NCBI GenBank assembly: GCA_963827095.1
Contig: CAWGZZ010000013.1
Location: 139,037 to 203,036 of the forward strand
Direction: 5' to 3'
Length of the DNA stretch: 64,000 bases
Origin: an uncultured beta proteobacterium
GTDB taxonomy: Bacteria > Pseudomonadota > Gammaproteobacteria > Burkholderiales > Casimicrobiaceae
Positions within the stretch are counted from its first letter, which is position 1; every line of letters starts with the position of its first letter. The translations under genes were made by a program, and so were the position numbers. Positions 45,486-55,489 of this stretch are shown in pieces. The notes under the pieces are model-generated. The model was not told the origin of the DNA. It saw only the letters and a program-made list of their open reading frames with translations, and ran no database searches.

Positions 45486-45605
45486 AATGGACGACGATTA
45501 TCGCATTGTGGCGCCGGCGCACCCGCCGCCCGGCCGGGCAGGCATGCCTGCGGCGAAACGACGATCCGCACGCGCAACCTTCCTCCCAACCCGCGCCATC
45601 CGCCC

Positions 45606-48343
45606 ATGGAGCTTGCCGCCGCCCTTGCGTTCAGCCGCTACGCGACCGCCGCGCTGGCGGCGCATCCGCAGGACGCCGACCTGCTCGCCGCGACGCTGGC
45701 GCAGCCGTTCGACTGGGCCGGCGCGGAAGCCGATCTCGCGGCGTACGCCGCCGCCGGCGACGCCACCGCGCTCGCCGTGGCACTGCGTGCGCTGCGCCGC
45801 CGCGTGCTGGTGCACACGGCCGCCCGCGACCTGACCGGGCGCGCCGACCTGCGCGAGGTCTGCACGGCGATGACGCGCCTCGCCGAGGTCTCGCTGCGCG
45901 CCGCCCTCGGATGCCACCACGCCGCGCTCGCCGCCGTGCACGGCGAGCCCGTCGACGCGGCAGGCGCCCGGCAGGAGCTGATCGTCATCGGCATGGGGAA
46001 GCTGGGCGGCGGCGAGCTCAACGTATCGTCGGACATCGACCTCGTCTTCATCTTCCCCGACGACGGCGAGACGACGGGACCGCGTACGCTCACCAACGGC
46101 GAGTTCTTCGACCGGGTCGGCCGGCGGGTCATCGCGGCGATCGACGAGCGCACGCCGGACGGCTTCGTGTTTCGCGTCGACATGCGGCTGCGGCCCTACG
46201 GGGACAGCGGGCCGCTCGACCGCCTCCTACGCCGCGCTGGAGCAGTACCTGGTGACGCAGGGGCGCACCTGGGAGCGCTACGCCTGGCAGAAGGCCCGCG
46301 GGCTGACGGGCGCGCGGCACGACGAACTCGCAGCGCTGGTCACGCCGTTCGTGTATCGCAAGTATCTCGACTTCGACGCCTACGAGGGCCTGCGCGACGT
46401 CCATGCGCAGATCCGCGAGCAGGGCAAGCGGCGCGATTACCAGTCCAACATCAAGCTCGGTCCGGGCGGCATCCGCGAGATCGAGTTCACCGTGCAGGCG
46501 CTGCAGCTGGTTCGCGGCGGGCGCGAGCCGGGACTGCGCGAGCGCGGCACGCTGCCGGCACTCGCCGCCCTCGCCGCGCGCGGGCTCCTCCCGCCGGGCG
46601 CCGTTGCCGCGCTCGAGACCGCCTACGTGTTCCTGCGCAATCTCGAGCACCGGCTGCAGTACCGCGACGACGAGCAGACGCAGACGTTGCCGGGGGCCGC
46701 GGCGGAACGGGAGGCGCTCGCGCAGGCGATGGGTTACGAGCACGCGGCAGCGTTCGAAGCCGACCTCGCCGCGCACCGGGCCAGCGTCGAGGAGCAGTTC
46801 ATCTCGGTGTTCGGCGATTCGCGCAGCCGCACCACGGCGGCGGCGCCGTCCCCCGCGACGGCGACGGGCGAACGCGCGGTCGCCGACCGCTTCGCAGCGA
46901 TCTGGCGCGAGGGCGTGGGCACGGAGTCCACGCTGAAGGCGTTCGCGCGCGGCGGGCTTCGCCGATCCCGAGGCGCTGGCGGCGACGCTGGCCCGGGTGC
47001 GCGCGGGCGGCCGCTACCTGCAGCTGCCGTCGCTGTCCCGGCAGCGCTTCGACCTGCTGCTGCCGCAACTGCTGGCCGCGGCGGTCCACGTGCCGGTGCC
47101 GGGCGCCGACCCGCAGACCGTGTTCGGGCGCCTGCTGGCGCTGCTCGAGGCGGTGAGCCGCCGCAGCGCCTACCTCGCGCTGCTGATCGAGCACCCGCCG
47201 CTGCTGCCGCGGCTGACGCAATTGATGGGCGCTTCGGCGTGGGCGGCCGAGCAGCTGACCGGGCACCCGATCCTCCTCGACGAGCTGCTCGATCCGCGCG
47301 TGCTGCTGGCGGAGCCCGACTGGAGCGTCTGGCGCGCGGAGATCGCGCGTTTGCTGGCCCAAACCGCGGGCGATCCGGAGTCGGCGATGGACGCCCTGCG
47401 CCACTTCCAGCACGCGCATTCGTTCCGCCTGCTCGCGCAGGACCTCGCCGGCACGCTGACGGTCGAGCGCCTCGCCGACCACCTGTCCGCGCTGGCCGAC
47501 ACGCTGCTCGCCGCGACGCTGGCCGAAGTGTGGAAGCAGGTCGAAGGCGCCGCCGCGGCGGCGCCGCAGTTCGCGATCGTCGGCTATGGCAAGCTCGGCG
47601 GCAAGGAGCTGGGTTACGCCTCGGATCTCGACCTCGTCTTTCTCTACACCGGCGACGACGAGCAGGCGCCGGTGCGCTACGCGCGCCTCGCCCGGCGGCT
47701 CATCACGTGGCTCACCAGCACCACGCCGGCGGGTCCGCTCTACGACGTCGACATGCGGCTTCGCCCCGACGGCGACTCGGGCCTGCTCGTCTCGCCATTC
47801 AGCGCGTTCTGCCGCTACCAGCGCGAGAAGGCCTGGACCTGGGAGCACCAGGCGCTGACGCGCGCGAGGTTCGTCGCCGGCGACGCCGGGATCGGGACCG
47901 CATTCGAGGCCGAGCGCGAGGCGATCGTGCGCCTGCCGCGCGACCTCGACCGTCTGCGCACCGACGTCGTCGACATGCGCCGCAAGATGCTGGCCGGGCA
48001 TCCGAACCCGACGCCCCGATTCGATCTCAAGCACGATCCGGGCGGCATGGTCGACGTCGAGTTCGCCGTCCAGTACCTGGTGCTCGCGCATGCCCGCGAC
48101 CACGCGCCGCTCACGCGCAACGCCGGCAACATCGCGCTGCTCGCCCTCGCCGGGGAGCTGGGCCTCGCCGAGCCGGCGCTGGCGGGCGCGGCGGCCGATG
48201 CTTACCGCGACTACCGCCGGCTGCAGCACCAGATCCGCCTCACCGGCGCGCAGCATGCGCGCGTCGATCCGCAGACGCAGGCCGAGCGCCGGGCCGCGGT
48301 GACGGCCCTGTGGCGGCACGTGTTCGGGAGCGACTGGGCATAA
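45606..48343 (+). pseudogene. glnE: bifunctional glutamine synthetase adenylyltransferase/adenylyl-removing enzyme; two +1 frame breaks
   Basis: Segments: MELAAALAFSRY...VIGMGKLGGGELNVSSDIDLVFIFPDDGET...FRVDMRLRPYGDSGPL | VTQGRTWERYAWQKARGLTG...NIKLGPGGIREIEFTVQ | ...IVGYGKLGGKELGYASDLDLVFLY...YDVDMRLRPDGDSGLLV...LKHDPGGMVDVEF. The frames run 0,1,2. The 2738 nt equal 2736+2. Confidence 0.9.
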
Positions 48344-48403
48344 CCCGGCGCCGGACCGGGGCATCGGGTAAAATGTTTGTTTTGCGAGCAGGGAGAGACT
48401 GCG

Positions 48404-49327
48404 ATGTCGATGGCCGACCGTGATGGCTTCATCTGGTACGACGGCAGGATGGTGCCGTGGCGCGAGGCCACCACCCACGTGCTGACGCACACGCTGCATT
48501 ACGGCATGGGTGTGTTCGAAGGCGTGCGCGCTTACCAGACCCCGCAGGGGCCGGCGATCTTCCGGCTGCGCGACCACACCGACCGGCTGTTCCGCTCGGC
48601 CCACATCTTCGGCATGAAGATCCCCTTCCCCAAGGAGGTGATCGACGCCGCGCAGCTCGCCTGCGTCCGCGACAACAAGCTCGAGTCCTGCTACATCCGG
48701 CCGATCGCGTTCTACGGCTCCGAAGCGATGGGCGTGGCGGCAAAGTCCAATCCGGTACGCGTCGCGATCGCCGCCTGGCCATGGGGCGCCTACCTCGGGA
48801 CCGAAGGCCTCGAGAAGGGCATCCGCGTGAAGACCTCGTCGTTCACGCGCCACCACGTGAACATCACGATGACGGGCGCCAAGGCCTGCGCCAACTACCT
48901 CAATTCGATCCTCGCCAACCAGGAAGCGACCCACGACGGCTACGACGAGGCGCTGCTGCTCGACGCCCAGGGTTATGTCTCGGAAGGCTCCGGCGAGAAC
49001 GTCTTCCTGGTCATCGGCGGCGCGCTGCACACCCCCGACATCGGTTCTGGCGCCCTCAAAGGCGTGACCCGCGACACCGTGATGACGCTGGCGCGCGAGC
49101 TGGGGATCGCGATCCACGAGCGCCGCATCCTGCGCGACGAGGTCTACTGCGCCGACGAAGCCTTCTTCACCGGCACCGCGGCCGAAGTCACGCCGATTCG
49201 CGAGCTCGACAACCGCCAGATCGGCGAAGGCACGCGCGGCCCGATCACCGCGAAGCTGCAGGCGCTCTACTTCGAAACCGTCAGCGGCCGCAATCCGTCG
49301 AAGTCGGCGTGGCTGTCGCGGGTGTGA
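48404..49327 (+). CDS. ilvE: branched-chain amino acid aminotransferase
   Basis: GGGAGAG precedes ATG 48404. MSMADRDGFIWYDGRMVPWREATTHVLTHTLHYGMGVFEGVRAY...YIRP...TGAKACANYLNSILA...EGSGENVF...LKGVTRD...TGTAAEVTPI. Intact. Confidence 0.9.
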   Translation: MSMADRDGFIWYDGRMVPWREATTHVLTHTLHYGMGVFEGVRAYQTPQGPAIFRLRDHTDRLFRSAHIFGMKIPFPKEVIDAAQLACVRDNKLESCYIRPIAFYGSEAMGVAAKSNPVRVAIAAWPWGAYLGTEGLEKGIRVKTSSFTRHHVNITMTGAKACANYLNSILANQEATHDGYDEALLLDAQGYVSEGSGENVFLVIGGALHTPDIGSGALKGVTRDTVMTLARELGIAIHERRILRDEVYCADEAFFTGTAAEVTPIRELDNRQIGEGTRGPITAKLQALYFETVSGRNPSKSAWLSRV

Positions 49328-49329
49328 CG

Positions 49330-49530
49330 ATGGCCGACGCCAAGGACGCGGTGCCGGTCGAGGTCGAGCCGAAGGACCTGCCGGTGTTCTGCCCCAATCC
49401 GTCGATGCCGCTCTGGTCGTCCCATCCGCGCGTCTTCCTCGACATCGCCGACACCGGCGCGGCGATGTGCCCGTATTGCGGCACGCGCTACGTGCTGCGC
49501 GGCGGCCCGCACAAGGGCGGCCATCACTGA
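49330..49530 (+). CDS. small zinc-finger (CHCC-type) protein
   Basis: The 66-aa sequence MADAKDAVPVEVEPKDLPVFCPNPSMPLWSSHPRVFLDIADTGAAMCPYCGTRYVL carries the C..H...CxxC pattern. It starts 3 nt after the ilvE stop. Confidence 0.6.
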   Translation: MADAKDAVPVEVEPKDLPVFCPNPSMPLWSSHPRVFLDIADTGAAMCPYCGTRYVLRGGPHKGGHH

Positions 49531-49599
49531 CACCCCCGGCGCCGGCACGCGCGCGGCGCGCGCCGTGCGCGCCTGCGCTGCGGTCTCCCGGATGGAGCG

Positions 49600-50649
49600 A
49601 TGAGCGAGCGCATCCTGGTCGTCGCGCCGTCGTGGGTGGGCGACGCCATCCTGTCCGAGCCTCTGGTCGCGCTGCTGCGGGCGCAGTTCGACCCTGCCAC
49701 GATCGACGTGCTGGCGCCGCCCTGGTGCGGCCCGGTCTACGCACGCATGCGCGGCGTCGGCCGCGTCATCGCGAATCCGATCGGGCACGGCCGGCTGGAC
49801 ATTGCGGGACGGCGGGCGCTCGCCCGCGCGCTTCGCGGCAGCGGCCCGGAGGCGGGGTACACCCGGGCCTACGTGCTGCCGCATTCGTGGAAATCCGCGC
49901 TGGTGCCGTGGCTCGCCGGGATTCCGCGCCGCATCGGCTATCGCGGTGAATCGCGCTGGGGATTGCTGAACGACGCCCGGCGCCACGCGTGGAAAACGCT
50001 GCCTCGCCTGGTCGACCGCTTCGCCGCGCTCGCGGTCGCGGCGGATGCGCCGCCGCCCGAAGCCTGCGCGCCCGTGCTCGTGCCGGATGCGGGCAATCGC
50101 GCCGCGGCCGCGCAGGCGCTCGGACTGGCGCTCGATCGGCCGGTCGCGATCCTGTGCCCCGGCGCCGAGTACGGGCCCGCCAAGCGCTGGCCCGCCGGCC
50201 ATTTTGCCGAGCTCGCCCGCCGCTTCGCCGCCGACGGCATGCAGGTGTGGCTGATCGGCTCGCCGAACGACGCGCCGGACGCGGCGGCCGTGGTCGCCTC
50301 GGCGGGCGACGCCGGGGGCGCGGTGCGCGACCTGTCGGGCCGCACCGACCTCGGCACCGCGGTCGACCTGCTGTCGCTCGCCACGATCGTCGTCAGCAAC
50401 GACTCCGGGCTGATGCACGCGGCGGCCGCGGTGGGCGTCCCGCTGGTTGCGCTCTTCGGCTCGTCGTCGCCGGCCTACACGCCGCCGCTGTCGCCGCGGG
50501 CGCGCATTGCCAGGATCGAGATCGCGTGCAGCCCCTGCTTCAAGCGCGAGTGCCCGCTCGGGCACTTCAAATGCATGCGCGAGCTCGATCCCGACGCCGT
50601 GTATCATCTCGCGCGGAGCGGGACCGTCGCGACGGCAGACCCGCGCTGA
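49600..50649 (+). CDS. waaF: ADP-heptose:LPS heptosyltransferase II
   Basis: MSERILVVAPSWVGDAILSEPL...GIPRRIGYRGESRWGLLND...ILCPGAEYGPAKRWPAGHFAEL...LIGSPND...VSNDSGLMHAAAAVGVPLVALFGSSSP...CSPCFKRECPLGHFKCM. Intact at 349 aa. Confidence 0.85.
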   Translation: MSERILVVAPSWVGDAILSEPLVALLRAQFDPATIDVLAPPWCGPVYARMRGVGRVIANPIGHGRLDIAGRRALARALRGSGPEAGYTRAYVLPHSWKSALVPWLAGIPRRIGYRGESRWGLLNDARRHAWKTLPRLVDRFAALAVAADAPPPEACAPVLVPDAGNRAAAAQALGLALDRPVAILCPGAEYGPAKRWPAGHFAELARRFAADGMQVWLIGSPNDAPDAAAVVASAGDAGGAVRDLSGRTDLGTAVDLLSLATIVVSNDSGLMHAAAAVGVPLVALFGSSSPAYTPPLSPRARIARIEIACSPCFKRECPLGHFKCMRELDPDAVYHLARSGTVATADPR

Positions 50650-50663
50650 CCCCGCATCCACCC

Positions 50664-51098
50664 ATGGCCAAGATCCGTACGCCGCCGATCTACACGACGC
50701 CCACCGACGCGGCGATGGCGTTCTACCAGGCGTTCGAGGCGAAGGATCTCGACGCGATGATGGCGACCTGGGCCGAGGACGAGGACATCGTCTGCGTGCA
50801 TCCCGGCGGCGCGCGGCACGTCGGCTACGACGCCGTGCGCCAGGGCTGGGAGCAGCTGTTCGCCGGCGATGCGCGCCTCGCGTTCCGGCTGGAGCAGGTC
50901 GTCGTGATCGAGACCGTCGGTCTCGCGATGCAGAGCGTGGTCGAGCACATCACGATCGGCAACGACGGGAAGTCGCGGGGCACCGCGGTATGCACGAACG
51001 TGTTCCTGCGCACCCCGTACGGCTGGCGCATGGTGATGCATCACGCATCGCCGGCGCCGGCGGCGCCCGTCGAGCCGCCGGCCGGGCCGCTGCACTGA
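50664..51098 (+). CDS. SnoaL/NTF2-like (DUF4440-type) protein
   Basis: TPTDAAMAFYQAFEAKDLDAMMATWAEDEDIVCVHPGGARHVGYDAVRQGWEQLF...NVFLRTPYGWRMVMHHASP is the pattern typical of NTF2-like small proteins. Intact. Confidence 0.65.
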   Translation: MAKIRTPPIYTTPTDAAMAFYQAFEAKDLDAMMATWAEDEDIVCVHPGGARHVGYDAVRQGWEQLFAGDARLAFRLEQVVVIETVGLAMQSVVEHITIGNDGKSRGTAVCTNVFLRTPYGWRMVMHHASPAPAAPVEPPAGPLH

Positions 51099-51140
51099 AG
51101 GAACGCGGCGGCACCATCCCCGCCCGGCCGCCTCGGCCGG

Positions 51141-51944
51141 TCACGGCGCCGGCGCGGCATCCCGATCCTCCACCGGATCGCTGAACAGCATCGCGTGGAT
51201 CCGGTTCTCGAGGTCCTTGTAGGCCTCGACCCGCGCGCCGGTGCGCGGCAGGCTGTTGATCTCGGCCTTCACCTGCCCCGGGTGCGGCGACAGCAGCAGG
51301 ATCCGGTTGCCGATCAGGATCGCCTCGGAGATCGAGTGGGTGACGAAGAGCACGGTGAAGCGCGTGTCGTCCCACAGCTGCAGCAGCTCGTCCTGCATCT
51401 TGCGCCGCGTCAGGGCGTCGAGCGCGGCGAACGGCTCGTCCATCAGCAGCACGTCGGGTTCCATCGCCATCCCGCGCGCGATGGCCACGCGCTGCTTCAT
51501 GCCGCCGGAGAGCGTGTGCGGGAAGCTGTCGGCGAACGGCGTGAGGTTGACCTTGGCGATGTACTCCATCGCCTTGTCCTCGGCCGCGCGGCCGGCGAGC
51601 TTGCCGCTCGCGCGCAGCGGAAAGACGACGTTCTCCTTCACCGTCTTCCACGGCAGCAGCTGATCGAATTCCTGGAACACCATCATCCGGTCGGGACCGG
51701 GGGCGCTGACCAGGCGATCCTTGAGCCGGATCTCGCCCTCGGTGGGCGCGAGGTAGCCGCCGACCGCCTTCAGCAGCGTGGACTTGCCGCAGCCGGAGGG
51801 TCCGAGCAGCACGAAACGATCCGAGCGCAGCACGGAAAAGTCCACGCGGTAGGTCGCGGTGACGAGGTGGTCGCGCGTCTTGTACTGCAGCGTGACGCCG
51901 CGCACATCCAGCAGCGGCCGATCCGCGGTGGCGACGGCCGCCAT
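51141..51944 (-). CDS. ABC transporter ATP-binding protein (nitrate/sulfonate/taurine NitT-TauT type), no cognate permease or binding protein nearby
   Basis: Walker A LLGPSGCGKSTLL, MVFQEFDQLLPWKTVKENV, signature LSGGMKQRVAIAR, Walker B LLMDEPFAALD, FVTHS. Intact at 267 aa. Its ATG shares one base with the chaA stop (TGATG). Confidence 0.85.
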   Translation of the reverse strand: MAAVATADRPLLDVRGVTLQYKTRDHLVTATYRVDFSVLRSDRFVLLGPSGCGKSTLLKAVGGYLAPTEGEIRLKDRLVSAPGPDRMMVFQEFDQLLPWKTVKENVVFPLRASGKLAGRAAEDKAMEYIAKVNLTPFADSFPHTLSGGMKQRVAIARGMAMEPDVLLMDEPFAALDALTRRKMQDELLQLWDDTRFTVLFVTHSISEAILIGNRILLLSPHPGQVKAEINSLPRTGARVEAYKDLENRIHAMLFSDPVEDRDAAPAP

Positions 51945-53103
51945 CAGCGCAGCACCAGCAGCATGAGGTAGGACAGGAACAGCATCAGGTGGACGGCTCC
52001 CTGCAGGACGTTGGTGCGCCCGCTCGCGAAGGTGAGCATGCTGACGAGCAGCGTCAGCAGCAGCATCGCCTCCTCGACCGGCTCCAGCCCGAGCACGACG
52101 GTGTAGCCCCGCGCCAGGCCGATGATCACGACGGCGGGGATGGTGAGCGCGAGCGTGGCCAGCACCGAGCCGAGCAGGATGTTGACGGAGCGCTGCATGC
52201 GGTTCGCGCGCGCCGCCTGGATCCCGGCAAGCCCTTCGGGCGCCAGGACCAGGATCGCGACCGCAAGCGCGCCCAGCGCCGTGCGGCGCGCCGAGGGTCT
52301 CGATGCCGTGGTCGAGCAGCACCGCGAGCTTCTCGGCGAGAAAGATGACCAGCCCGAGGTACAGCACGAGCAGCAGCGTGTGATGCGGCACGGAGCGCAC
52401 GGCGGAGGAATGCCCGTGCATCTCGCCCGCGGCGGCGGCAGGCGGTGCTTCCTCGAGGCGATCGAGGAAGAACGCGCGATGGCGCGTCGTCTGGATCGCC
52501 AGGAAGACCGCGTACAGGCCGACGCACATGACGATCAGGAACGCCTCCTGGCCGCGCGAGAACGTCGGCCCCGGCGTCGACAGCGTGAAGTTGGGGACGA
52601 CCATCCCGAACACCGACAGCGCGACGATGACGCTGAGGTAGGCATTGACCCCCTTCAGGTTGTATTCCTGCTCGTGGTAGCGCAGGCCGCCCAGCAGCAG
52701 CGCCGCGCCGACAAGGCCGTTCAGGACGATCATCACCACCGAGAACATCGTGTCGCGGGCGAGCGTCGGGTTGGGATCGCCGGTGGTCATGACGATGCCG
52801 ATGGTCATGATCTCGATGCTCGCCACCGACAGCGTCAGGATCATCGTGCCGTACGGCTCGCCGAGCAGCGGCAGCCAGGCCGTCGGCGTGGCGCACGACC
52901 GACATCGCGCCCAGGATGATCACCACGAACAGCCACGCGAACATCAGCGCGCCGATCCAGGTGCCCGCCTCCCCGATCAGCCGCCCGCGCCCGAGGCCGG
53001 CGAACACGATCGCGGTCACGACGATGACGGCGAGCGACGCCTCCCGGCGGTACGCGGGGGCCGCCGCGGCGTCGTCGGGGCGGGACTCAGGCCGTGCCGC
53101 CAA
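51944..53103 (-). pseudogene. chaA: calcium/cation:proton antiporter (CaCA family, ChaA-like); two +1 frame breaks
   Basis: Segments: ...AVIVVTAIVFAGLGRGRL...MFAWLFVVIILGAMSVVRHAD | ILTLSVASIEIMTIGIVMTTGDPNPTLARDTMFSVVMIVLNGLVG...HEQEYNLKG | MQRSVNILLGSVLATLALTIPAVVIIG...FASGRTNVLQGAVHLMLFLSYL. The frames run 0,1,2. The TTG 53103 start is uncertain. Confidence 0.7.
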
Positions 53104-54552
53104 CCGTCAGCCCGTCGATCTTGAGCGTCGGCTGGCCGACGCCGACCGGCACGCTCTGGCCGTCCTTGCCGCAGGTCCCCACGCCGGAGTCCATCTCGAG
53201 ATCGTTGCCGACCATGGACACGCGGGTGAGCGCATCGGGGCCGTTGCCGATCAGCGTCGCCCCCTTGACCGGATACGCGAGCTTGCCGTTCTCGATCTTC
53301 CAGGCCTCGGCCATCGAGAACACGAACTTGCCGCTGGTGATGTCGACCTGGCCGCCGCCGAAGTTGGCGGCGTAGATGCCGTCCTGCACGGATGCCAGGA
53401 TCTCGGCCGGGTCGTGGCCGCCGGCGAGCATCAGCGTGTTGGTCATCCGCGGCATCGGCATGTGCGCGAAGGACTCGCGGCGCCCGTTGCCGGTCGGCGC
53501 CACGCCCATCAGCCGCGCGTTCTGCCCGTCCTGCATGTAGCCCTGCAGGATGCCGTCCTCGATCAGCACCGTGCGCTGCGTCGGATTGCCCTCGTCGTCG
53601 ACGTTGAGCGAGCCGCGGCGGCGCGCGAGCGTGCCGTCGTCGATCACGGTGATGCCCTTCGGCCGCGACGCGCTGCCCGACCCGCCCCGAGAATGCGCTC
53701 GTGCCCTTGCGGTTGAAGTCGCCCTCGAGCCCGTGGCCGATCGCCTCGTGCAGCAGGATGCCCGGCCAGCCGGGCCCCAGGACCACGGTCATCGTGCCGG
53801 CGGGCGTCTCCCGGGCGCCGAGGTTGAGCGTGGCCTGGCGCACCGCGAGCTCGGCGTAGCGGGCGAGCACGTCGTCGGTGAAGTACGCGTAATCGAAGCG
53901 CCCGCCGCCGCCGGCGTGGCCCTGCTCGCGGCGGCCGTCCTCCTCGACGATGACCGTCAGCGACACGCGCACCAGCGGCCGGACGTCGGCGGCGATCAGC
54001 CCGTCGCTGCGCGCGACCAGCACCGCCTCGTATTCGCCGGCGATCGAGGCCATCACCTGCATCACCCGCGGATCGCGCGCCCGGGCCATCTTCTCGAGGC
54101 GCTCGAGCAGGCCGACCTTCGCCTCCTCGGGCAGCGAGGTCACCGGATCCTGCGGCGCGTAGAGCGACCGGGCGTTGCCGATCCGCCCCAGCGGCGCGAC
54201 GGCGGACTGGCCCTGGCGGCCGATGGCGCGGGTCGCGACGGCGGCCTCCTCGAGCGCGGCCGAGCGTGATGTCGTCCGAGTAGGCAAAGGCCTGCTTCTC
54301 GCCGTGCACCGCGCGGATGCCCACGCCGCCGTCGATGCTGAAGGCGCCGGACTTGACGATGCCCTCCTCCAGACTCCAGCTCTCCATCCGCGAGTACTGG
54401 AAGTAGAGGTCGGCGAAGTCGACCTCGTGCGTGTGGATCGAGGCCAGAATGCGGGCGAGATCGGCGGTGTCGAGCCCGGCGGGCTCGAGCAGGAGCCGCC
54501 GGGCCTCGGCGAGGAGGACGGCGTCGACAGGGGGAAGCGAAAGGTCGGTCAC
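53087..54552 (-). pseudogene. tldD: metalloprotease TldD; two +1 frame breaks
   Basis: Segments: ...[51 protein letters not shown] | ...[34 protein letters not shown] | [33 protein letters not shown]...[18 protein letters not shown]...[23 protein letters not shown]. The 1466 nt equal 1464+2. Confidence 0.9.
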
Positions 54553-54591
54553 GGGAGTCCTTGGTCGGGCCGCCGCAGGCGATCGGCGGGG

Positions 54592-55366
54592 TCAGCCCCG
54601 CGGCGAGGACGCTATTGTCGCACCGGATGCGCCTTCCTGCGCCGCGCTGCCCTTGCCGAGGTAGGTGGCCGCCACCTGCGGGTTCGCGGCCAGGCTGGCG
54701 CTGTCGCCCTCGATCGCGAGCTCCCCGGTCTCCAGCACGTAGCCGTAATCCGCGACCTGCAGCGCCGCCCGCGCGTTCTGCTCGACCAGCAGGATCGACA
54801 CGCCGCTCTCGCGCAGCGCCGCGATGATCCGGAAGATTTCGCGCACGATCAGCGGGGCGAGCCCGAGCGACGGCTCGTCGAGCATCAGCAGCGCCGGCTT
54901 CGCCATCAGCGCGCGACCCATCGCCAGCATCTGCCGCTCGCCGCCGGAGAGCGTGCCCGCGAGCTGGTCGCGACGCTCGAGCAGGCGCGGGAAGCGCGCG
55001 TAGACCTCGTCGAAGCGTCGCCCGCCACGTGCGGTCCCCCTGCCGCGCCCGGCTGAAGGCGCCGAGCTCGAGATTGTCGGCCACGCTCATCGCCGCGAAC
55101 AGCTCGCGCCGCTCGGGCACCAGGACCAGACCGCGGGCCACCCGCTGCTCGACGGACAGCGCGGTGGCCGGCGCTCCGCGATAGCGAATCTCGCCGCGCG
55201 CCGGCAGCAGGCCCATGATCGCGCCCAGCAGCGTCGTCTTGCCGGCGCCGTTGGGGCCGATCACGGTGACGATCCTGCCCGTCTCCACGGTGAGCGAGAT
55301 GTCCTGCACCGCCTCGACCTTGCCGTAGGCGACGCGCAGGTTGCGCACCTCGAGCAGTGCACTCAT
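54592..55366 (-). pseudogene. livF: branched-chain amino acid ABC transporter ATP-binding protein (LivF type); at least one +1 frame break
   Basis: [47 protein letters not shown]...LVPERRELF | [30 protein letters not shown]...ILLVEQNA. The hop lies near 55030. Confidence 0.85.
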
Positions 55367-55489
55367 GCAGGCTCCGCCGCGCTCATCGGGCAACCTCGCG
55401 CCGGCTTGTCCTGCGCGCGGGCGGCACCTGCCCTGGGCTTCGCCGCTGCGTAATCTGCGCGCCCGCGGAGCGGGCACGTCCGCGCATGC

